NCBI RefSeq assembly: GCF_002075285.3
Contig: NZ_CP021983.2
Coordinates: 5,250,001-5,282,000 of the forward strand
DNA from: Halomicronema hongdechloris C2206
Lineage (GTDB): Bacteria; Cyanobacteriota; Cyanobacteriia; Phormidesmidales; Phormidesmidaceae
DNA: 32,000 nt
Reading direction: 5' to 3'
Shown here: positions 25,591 to 32,000 of the stretch, piece by piece
How the letters are laid out: every line of letters begins with the position of its first letter
Position numbering within the stretch: position 1 is the stretch's first letter
Program-made: the position numbers and the translations under genes
Notes under the pieces: model-generated
What the model saw: the letters and a program-made list of their open reading frames with translations, nothing else
Databases searched by the model: none
Told to the model about the DNA's origin: nothing

Positions 25591-27966
25591 TTGGCCAGAC
25601 CTGCAAACATCCGTGTAGATTGCCAGTTGCCAGGGTGCTGCTGTCACCCGCCGTTATTTATGTTCAGTTTTGCCGACATTCCTTACTATCCCTTGCCCCG
25701 GGCTGTGCTGCAGCGGATGCAACACTACTTAGAGTGGCAACAGCGGCAGCTAGGCGGTACCTTACTCACCACTGCCCATCCAGCCGTGTCAGCGGCGGTT
25801 GCTCCCTACGGGGTTTACCTCCTGGTAGCGCCATCCTTGGCGGTATTGGTGTTGCATCGTCCCAGGGCTAGGGAGGAGGTCACAGACAATGTCAGTCTCA
25901 TTCTAGAGAAGGAGACCATGGTCGAGTTCCTCCACTACTTACAGGCCAGCTTGGCAGCAGAGTCTCCCCATCAAGCCCTGTTGTCTATCCTAGAGGCCGA
26001 GTTAAGCAACAGCCCCTCCCCAGAGTATGGCCCCTTTTTCCTAAAGCTGATGGCGGCAGCCATGGTTGGAGAGCCAGTATCGGCTCCTCAGACTGATGGC
26101 ACCACTCCAGAAAAGCCCGATCCAGAGAGCCACTGCCAGTGCCAACCGCTACGGCAGGCACTAGATCAACAGCTAGAACAGAGCCTGTTGCTCAATCACG
26201 TCGTCCAGAAAATTCAGGGCAGCCTAGAACTCCCCGCTATTTTGGAAACCACCGTAGCAGAGGTGCGTCGGTTCCTAGAGGCGGATCGGCTACTGGTGTA
26301 TCAGTTTGCAGTAGACCCGGACCAGAGCCCAGAGCCATCACCCCCACCCCTGGCCCCAGACAAGTCTGCAGGCCAATCTCACCATGCCGGTTACATTGCC
26401 TACGAATCCCGAGCAAACGACACGATCTCATCGGTGCTGCACCACAGTGAGCACTACTGCTTTATTAAGCCGCCCCACTCCCAGGCCAGATATTACCAAG
26501 GTCATCCTTTGGTGGTGGATGACATCGTAGCCGCCTACCACCACTGCGACTGTTTGCAGACCGTTTTACAGCAAGCCCAGGTTCAATCCATGCTGATTGT
26601 GCCGATTCTGGTGGATCAGACCCTGTGGGGCTTACTAATTGCTCATCAATGTACCCATCAGCGGCAGTGGCAATCCTGGGAACTGACCTTTCTGCAGCAT
26701 ATTGGTGAGCATTTAGCCATCGCCATTCATCAAGCCCAACTCTACCGAGAGCTACAGCAGCAGACCCAAAACTTAGAGTCCTGTGTTGTAGAACGGACCC
26801 AAGATCTGCGGGATGCCCTAATTGCGGCTCAATCGGCTAATCGGGCCAAGGGCGAATTCCTAGCCACTATGAGTCACGAGCTACGGACGCCCTTGACCTG
26901 CATTATTGGCATGTCGGCCACGTTACTGCGGTGGTCCTTTGGCGATTTGAGCCCCCGGCAGCAACATTATCTGACCACGATTCATCAAAGTGGTGAACAT
27001 TTGCTGGAGCTGATTAATAACATCCTGGAAGTCTCCAAGATCGAGTCCAGACGAACAGCCCTAGATATCAGTGAGTTTTCTCTGGCCGCCTTGGCTCATC
27101 AAGTAGCCGATGCCTTTCGCCAAGATGCCCTCACCCAGGAAGTCACTCTCACGGTCGAACTTTCCCTCGGTGCTGACCAGGATAGATTTATTGCTGATTT
27201 CCGGCGGGTTGGCCAAATCTTAGCCAATCTACTCAGTAACGCCATTAAATTTACCCCTCCTGGTGGTCAGGTCTGCCTGCGTATTCGTCGGGACCAACAG
27301 ATGGCGGTGTTAATCGTAGAAGACACTGGTATCGGCATTCCGGAGATGCAGCAGTCCCTGTTATTTGAGAAATTTCAGCAGTTAGAGACTGCCCGCCAAC
27401 GGCAATACCAGGGCACCGGATTGGGCCTGGCCTTGACCCAGCAACTGGTTGATTTACATGGGGGGTCGATTCAGGTCAGTTCTACCGTGGGAGAGGGATC
27501 TGTCTTTATGGTGCGGTTACCGATGCAATCGCTGGCGGGTCCCACTCGTCCCATGGCCAGTGCCCCCGCCATCACGGCTGACTCCGAGGTGGGTCGGATT
27601 GTTTTGGTGGAAGACAATGAGGAGACGGCCAGTCTCATCTGCGATTTATTGACAGCAGCTGATTATCAAGTGATTTGGGTGATGGAGGGCTCGACGGTGG
27701 TCGAGCAAGTCAAGTTACTGCAACCAGCCGCTGTCATCATCAACCTAAATATGGCTGATACCCATGGGGGTGGCATCATGCAAGCCTTGCGGTCTACTCC
27801 CACCACTGCCAGTGTTAAGATCGTTGCCTTAATCGATGTCGGCGATGCAGAGCAGAGTATGGCTGCGCACCGGGTAGGGGCGGATGAGGTATTGCCTGCT
27901 GCCATTGTTCCAGATCAGTTGTTAACGACAATTCATACCCTGATGACCTCATTACCGGTGCCCTAA
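25591..27966 (+). CDS. cikA: GAF-domain sensor histidine kinase with C-terminal pseudo-receiver (CikA-like circadian input kinase)
   Basis: GAF domain (LPAILETTVAEVRRFLEADRLLVYQF...LIVPILVDQTLWGLLIAHQC), H-box FLATMSHELRTPLT, and ATPase boxes LSNAIKFTPPGG, EDTGIGIP and GTGLGLAL. The receiver-like domain has Asn in place of the phospho-acceptor Asp (AAVIINLNMAD). The likely start is ATG 25660 (MFSFADIPYY) rather than TTG 25591. Confidence 0.6.
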   Translation: MARPANIRVDCQLPGCCCHPPLFMFSFADIPYYPLPRAVLQRMQHYLEWQQRQLGGTLLTTAHPAVSAAVAPYGVYLLVAPSLAVLVLHRPRAREEVTDNVSLILEKETMVEFLHYLQASLAAESPHQALLSILEAELSNSPSPEYGPFFLKLMAAAMVGEPVSAPQTDGTTPEKPDPESHCQCQPLRQALDQQLEQSLLLNHVVQKIQGSLELPAILETTVAEVRRFLEADRLLVYQFAVDPDQSPEPSPPPLAPDKSAGQSHHAGYIAYESRANDTISSVLHHSEHYCFIKPPHSQARYYQGHPLVVDDIVAAYHHCDCLQTVLQQAQVQSMLIVPILVDQTLWGLLIAHQCTHQRQWQSWELTFLQHIGEHLAIAIHQAQLYRELQQQTQNLESCVVERTQDLRDALIAAQSANRAKGEFLATMSHELRTPLTCIIGMSATLLRWSFGDLSPRQQHYLTTIHQSGEHLLELINNILEVSKIESRRTALDISEFSLAALAHQVADAFRQDALTQEVTLTVELSLGADQDRFIADFRRVGQILANLLSNAIKFTPPGGQVCLRIRRDQQMAVLIVEDTGIGIPEMQQSLLFEKFQQLETARQRQYQGTGLGLALTQQLVDLHGGSIQVSSTVGEGSVFMVRLPMQSLAGPTRPMASAPAITADSEVGRIVLVEDNEETASLICDLLTAADYQVIWVMEGSTVVEQVKLLQPAAVIINLNMADTHGGGIMQALRSTPTTASVKIVALIDVGDAEQSMAAHRVGADEVLPAAIVPDQLLTTIHTLMTSLPVP

Positions 27967-28030
27967 TGCTATGACTGCTCCCTCAGTGGAATTACCCTGC
28001 GACCTCTACGCCATTCCTATCTGAGATGCC

Positions 28031-31000
28031 ATGAATCCGATACAGGATGCCTTTATTTCCTACGGACGAGCTGACAGTAAACAGTTCGTCCGTAAGCTCA
28101 GTGATCGGCTGCTTGAGTCGGGAATTGAAGTGTGGGTTGACTTCGAGGATATTCCCTTAGGGGTTGATTATCAGAAGCAAATTGATGATGCCATTGATAA
28201 GGCGGATAACTTCATCTTTGTCATTGCCCCGCACTCCATCAACTCGGCTTACTGTCTGCTAGAAGTCGAGCGAGCCCTGAAGCACAACAAACGTATCATT
28301 CCATTACTGCACGTTGAGCAGATTAGTTACGACACTTGGAAGGAGCGAAATCCAGAGGGAACTGCGGCTGACTGGGACACTTTCCGCTCGGCTGGAAAAC
28401 ATTCCAGTTTCCCCAACATGCACCCGGCCATCAGTAAAATCAACTGGGTTTATTGTCGCGAAGGCATTGATGACTTCGACCAGTCTTTTCAAGGGCTGTT
28501 AGATATCTTCCAGCGGTCCCGTGACTATGTGCGTCAGCATACGACTCTGTTGAGCCAGGCCTTGACATGGGAGCGGAATCAAAGACAAATCCAATATCTG
28601 CTGGCGGGTGAATCGCTACAACAGGCGGAAGCCTGGCTCAAAACTCGTTTTAGGGAGGTTCAATCGCCCTGCTGGCCCACAGATCTGCAGTGCGAGTTCA
28701 TCACCGAAAGCATTAAAAATGCCAATAATTACATGACTCAGGCCTTTCTGAGTCATGCGGAGGAGGATGCAGCGATCGCCCGAGAAGTTCACCTGTCGCT
28801 ACGGCGGATGGGGTTCACGACTTGGACCAGTTGGAGTGATATTCGCACTGGGGTAGATTTTCAGGCGGCCATCGATCTCGGGATTGAGGCGGCTGATAAT
28901 TTGATCTATTTGTTGTCGCCGGCGTCGTTGCGATCGCACTACTGTCAGTACGAACTAAACTATGCCCTGCGCCTGAATAAGCGGATTATTCCGCTGCTGG
29001 TGCGCCCGGTTGACCTAGAAACAGTGCCAGAACCGCTGCGAGTCCTGCAATTCATTGACCTAAGCGATAACACTCAACCCTCAGACTATTGGTCTGACGA
29101 GAGCGATTTAATCAGGGCTCTGAACCGGGAAGCCACCTACTACGACACCCACAAGCGGCTGTTAGTTCAGGCCTTGAAGTGGCAACGACAGCGACAAAAT
29201 CCCAGTATTTTGCTGCGCGGTTATGAGCTGCGGCAGGCCGAGTCTTGGCTGACGGTGGCTAAGCAGCATCCCCAACATCCACCGGTTTCTATTCAGACAG
29301 ACTTCATTGAGACCAGCCGGCAGCAGCCGCTTGATATTACCATTGATGTCTTTATTTCCTGCTCCGAAAAAGACCTAGATTTTGCCCGCCGCCTCAACGA
29401 CACCCTGCAAGTGCAAGGGGAAAGTACCTGGTTTGAACAGAGCAAATGGGCAGACAACCAAGAATATCGGGCCCAGGTGAGACAGGGGATTGAGAATGCA
29501 GAAAACTTTATTCTGATTGTCTCCCCCAGTTCGCTGACGTCGACTAGTTGCTTAGAAGAGCTGGACTGGGCCCAAACCCTCTGCAAGCGTATTGTTGCCG
29601 TCTCATACCAGCCGCTGGCGCAGCTGCAGATACCGACTGCCCTAGCAGCCTCTCTTTGGGTGGATTTTACTGCCCATGACGGCGACTTCTTGACGAACTT
29701 TGGCGAGTTGTACCGGATGCTCAAGAGCAATCCAGAGTATGTCCAGGCCCATACTCGCCTGCTGGTTAAGGCCCTGGAGTGGGAACAGTCTGGCCATGAC
29801 GATAGCCTGCTGTTGCGCAGCCGAGAGTTGACTAATGCCAGCACTTGGCTACAGCAGGCTGCCCAACAGACACCGCCGCCCACCGATCGCCACCGAACCT
29901 ATATCCAGGCCAGCCAGGCCCTACCGTTTCGGCGGATCAAACTGCGCTCTGCCGCGTTGATGGGGGCCATGGCTACCGTCTTCGTATTAGCGGCCCGCCT
30001 GTTGGGGGTACTGCAAGGAGCTGAACTTCAGGCCTATGACCATCTGTTGCGACGACAGCCCAATGAAGCCCCAGATGATCGATTCTTGATCGTGACTGTC
30101 GATGAGAACAGTGGTTCCCTGCTGCGAGAGCGCCTGATTGCCGGAGACTATGCCCCGACTATCGGCACCATTCCTGATGCTGCCTTGCAAGAAACCCTGA
30201 GGATTTTGGCAGAGCATCAGCCGCGTCTGATCGGCCTCGATTTTTATCGAGATTTTCCGGCAACCCCTGAATTGGCTAACAGCCTACGCAGCAGAGACAC
30301 CATCATCACCCTCTGCAAGGCCAGCTATGAGGGCGAAGGGGTGCCCAAGTCCCCGGAAGTCCCCTGGGAACGGGTGGGCTTCAGTGATTTGGTCAGCGAC
30401 ACCATGACTGGTCCTACCTATATCCGGCGTCACTATATCATGCAGGCCCCTGACCCTGACTTTTGTAATACCCCTAGGTCCTTTAGTTTGCTGCTGGCCA
30501 GCCGTTACCTAAAGCAGGAGGCAGCCATCAGCCGCACTGATCCCTTGCTCCCAGTGGGGAACACCTATGAATTTCGCCGCGATGGTCTGGCCTTTGGCGA
30601 GACAGTCATCTCCAACCTGACCTTAGGCCGCGGCCCCTATTACCAGGATCCAGACTTCTTCAATGGCTATCAAACCCTGCTGAACTATAGAACTGGCCCC
30701 AATCCTGATACTGGTAAGGCGCGAGATCCGGGACAATTTGCTCCGCGGGTGTCCCTAGCAGACCTGCTGACCAATCAAGTGCCTAGACAATGGGTGGAAG
30801 ATCGCATTGTGCTAATTGGCTATAGCGATCTGGCCGATCGCAATGCCGACTACTGGCAAACGCCCTATGGCGAGGTGCCCGGGGTAATTTTACAGGGACA
30901 AATGGCAAGTCAGCTGATTAGTCGCGTGCTAGATAATCGCCCCCTGATTCGCTGGTGGCCCCTGGGGGCAGAGGTGCTCTGGATTGCAGCCTGGGCCATG

Positions 31001-31204
31001 GTTGGCGGGCTAATCTTCTGGCGCATCGTGCGGTCGCGACGACTGATAGTTGCGATTGTTGTGAGCCTCGGCCTCTTATATGGCACAGCTTATATATTGA
31101 TGGTTAGTAGTGCTCTCTGGATTCCCTTGGTTCCCCCTTTGATCACCTTCCTGCTCACGGCAACGGGAGTGGCTGTTCTAAATCACCGACTGCGGAATCC
31201 TTAG
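28031..31204 (+). CDS. membrane protein with three tandem TIR domains fused to a C-terminal CHASE2 sensor module
   Basis: 1057 aa. TIR1 starts at nt 28031 (DAFISYGRADS...NFIFVIAPHSINSAYCLLEVERAL..KRIIPLL). TIR2 starts at about nt 28733 (QAFLSHAEED...NLIYLLSPASLRSHYCQYELNYAL..KRIIPLL). TIR3 starts at about nt 29339 (DVFISCSEKD...NFILIVSPSSLTSTSCLEELDWA). A TM helix lies at about nt 29941-30012. The CHASE2-like ectodomain reads FLIVTVDENS...PRLIGLDFYRDFP. Three C-terminal TM helices lie at about nt 30955-31180, then the stop. Confidence 0.8.
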   Translation: MNPIQDAFISYGRADSKQFVRKLSDRLLESGIEVWVDFEDIPLGVDYQKQIDDAIDKADNFIFVIAPHSINSAYCLLEVERALKHNKRIIPLLHVEQISYDTWKERNPEGTAADWDTFRSAGKHSSFPNMHPAISKINWVYCREGIDDFDQSFQGLLDIFQRSRDYVRQHTTLLSQALTWERNQRQIQYLLAGESLQQAEAWLKTRFREVQSPCWPTDLQCEFITESIKNANNYMTQAFLSHAEEDAAIAREVHLSLRRMGFTTWTSWSDIRTGVDFQAAIDLGIEAADNLIYLLSPASLRSHYCQYELNYALRLNKRIIPLLVRPVDLETVPEPLRVLQFIDLSDNTQPSDYWSDESDLIRALNREATYYDTHKRLLVQALKWQRQRQNPSILLRGYELRQAESWLTVAKQHPQHPPVSIQTDFIETSRQQPLDITIDVFISCSEKDLDFARRLNDTLQVQGESTWFEQSKWADNQEYRAQVRQGIENAENFILIVSPSSLTSTSCLEELDWAQTLCKRIVAVSYQPLAQLQIPTALAASLWVDFTAHDGDFLTNFGELYRMLKSNPEYVQAHTRLLVKALEWEQSGHDDSLLLRSRELTNASTWLQQAAQQTPPPTDRHRTYIQASQALPFRRIKLRSAALMGAMATVFVLAARLLGVLQGAELQAYDHLLRRQPNEAPDDRFLIVTVDENSGSLLRERLIAGDYAPTIGTIPDAALQETLRILAEHQPRLIGLDFYRDFPATPELANSLRSRDTIITLCKASYEGEGVPKSPEVPWERVGFSDLVSDTMTGPTYIRRHYIMQAPDPDFCNTPRSFSLLLASRYLKQEAAISRTDPLLPVGNTYEFRRDGLAFGETVISNLTLGRGPYYQDPDFFNGYQTLLNYRTGPNPDTGKARDPGQFAPRVSLADLLTNQVPRQWVEDRIVLIGYSDLADRNADYWQTPYGEVPGVILQGQMASQLISRVLDNRPLIRWWPLGAEVLWIAAWAMVGGLIFWRIVRSRRLIVAIVVSLGLLYGTAYILMVSSALWIPLVPPLITFLLTATGVAVLNHRLRNP

Positions 31205-31369
31205 GGTGTTGAATGATGTCATCTACTAGTGCTCGACGGTGGCAATAGCCCCCTATTGGTTAAAGGCAGCAGCCTTGAGACGTCGAGAATTCTCCTTCTG
31301 CCTTCTGCCTTTCTGTACTAGTGGTGTTATCTACCGTATCTCCTAGTCATCTAAGGATGCTCTGACGCT

Positions 31370-32000
31370 ATGCCTACCCCCACCTTTCGTCGTCGCCTCG
31401 TCCGCAGACTCGTACCCTTGGTTCTGGCAGTACCGATCATGGCTGCGATCGCACCCCAGGCTGAGGCTGGATTAATCGAACGCATCCAGTCTATTTTCGG
31501 TGGCGGTAATACTGGTGGCCAAGTCAGCAATGGCCGCAGCCGCGGTGGGGCCATCCGGAGAGAAGTCTGCGGGCAACCAGTAGCAGGAACTAGCGAGCTC
31601 GGCAGCACTAGCGAGTCGCAGCAGCCCAATCAGGGGGCCTCTCAGGCATCTGCGGCAGACGTCACCACGGAGCCCAGCTCTAACATGCTGGTAGTCCTAA
31701 GCCCGCCTACACGGCAAAAAACCACCCAGGCCCGCCCTTCGTTTTACCTCTACGTACCCTACGGGCAATCTGCCGAGAACATACGACTGTTCTTCGAATT
31801 GAGCCAGATTAATCCTGAAGTGCCTGTTCCCCATGCCCCCCGCACCATTGCCAACCTACCCCTACAGCTGCCAGAGACCCCAGGATGGGTCAGATTTCAG
31901 GTTCCCGAAGAGATCGCCCTGGAAGTCGGCAAGACCTATGCCTGGAACTTTAATATCCAATGCGTTGCCTCCGAGTCTGCCACTGCAACCGCGTCGGCTG
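31370..32000 (+). CDS. DUF928 domain-containing secreted protein (partial; continues right of the window)
   Basis: Absent from the ORF track because it runs off the window. ATG 31370. Hand translation: MPTPTFRRRLVRRLVPLVLAVPIMAAIAPQAEA (signal), GGQVSNGRSRGGAIRREVCG, LVVLSPPTRQKTTQARPSFYLYVPY...LFFELSQ...PGWVRFQVPEEIALEVGKTYAWNFNIQC. This matches the DUF928 pattern as I remember it (GG.RG..C, PtFyWYvP, Y.W.f...C). Confidence 0.7.
   Translation, partial: MPTPTFRRRLVRRLVPLVLAVPIMAAIAPQAEAGLIERIQSIFGGGNTGGQVSNGRSRGGAIRREVCGQPVAGTSELGSTSESQQPNQGASQASAADVTTEPSSNMLVVLSPPTRQKTTQARPSFYLYVPYGQSAENIRLFFELSQINPEVPVPHAPRTIANLPLQLPETPGWVRFQVPEEIALEVGKTYAWNFNIQCVASESATATASA

Noticed and set aside
1-32000. 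Search for tRNA, rRNA, tmRNA, transposase or integrase genes and terminal inverted repeats of mobile elements.
   Set aside because: I saw no T-arm-like GGTTCGAATCC-type sequence in the intergenic regions, no rRNA-like stretches, and no ORF with DDE or tyrosine-recombinase motifs. Nothing supports a mobile element call.

Overview
The window reads as a cyanobacterial chromosomal segment. It is GC-rich, carries 17 copies of the HIP1 octamer GCGATCGC, and has heptanucleotide STRR-like arrays. Most of it is housekeeping and cell-envelope coding sequence. From left to right: partial treZ (runs off the left edge, absent from the ORF track), pgeF/yfiH, an SLH-OprB porin, an Asp-rich secreted protein, birA, an M23 peptidase, an L,D-transpeptidase, an acidic Pro/Glu-rich secreted protein, a pentapeptide-TM-MORN protein, two decayed nuclease-fold pseudogenes, an RCK/TrkA-N channel-like protein, ftsW-ccdA-ccsB, a 36-aa membrane ORF, DUF1499, DUF2358, a GerMN protein, an ArsR/SmtB regulator, cobN and a CikA-like GAF histidine kinase with a pseudo-receiver. 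The stand-out locus is at the right end. A 1057-aa membrane protein (28031-31204) has three tandem N-terminal TIR domains fused to a C-terminal CHASE2 periplasmic sensor module. This is an inverted CHASE2 architecture with a TIR output. It is followed by a secreted DUF928-type protein (31370 to the window end, also absent from the ORF track). I propose these two genes as an undescribed envelope-sensing TIR module. Six apparent +/-1 frameshifts split otherwise recognisable genes, including essential birA. Each can be repaired by changing a G or C homopolymer by one base (the M23 site only tentatively), so they are most likely sequencing or assembly errors. The G10 tract inside the L,D-transpeptidase gene is still worth checking. 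I recognised no rRNA, tRNA, CRISPR array, transposase or integrase.
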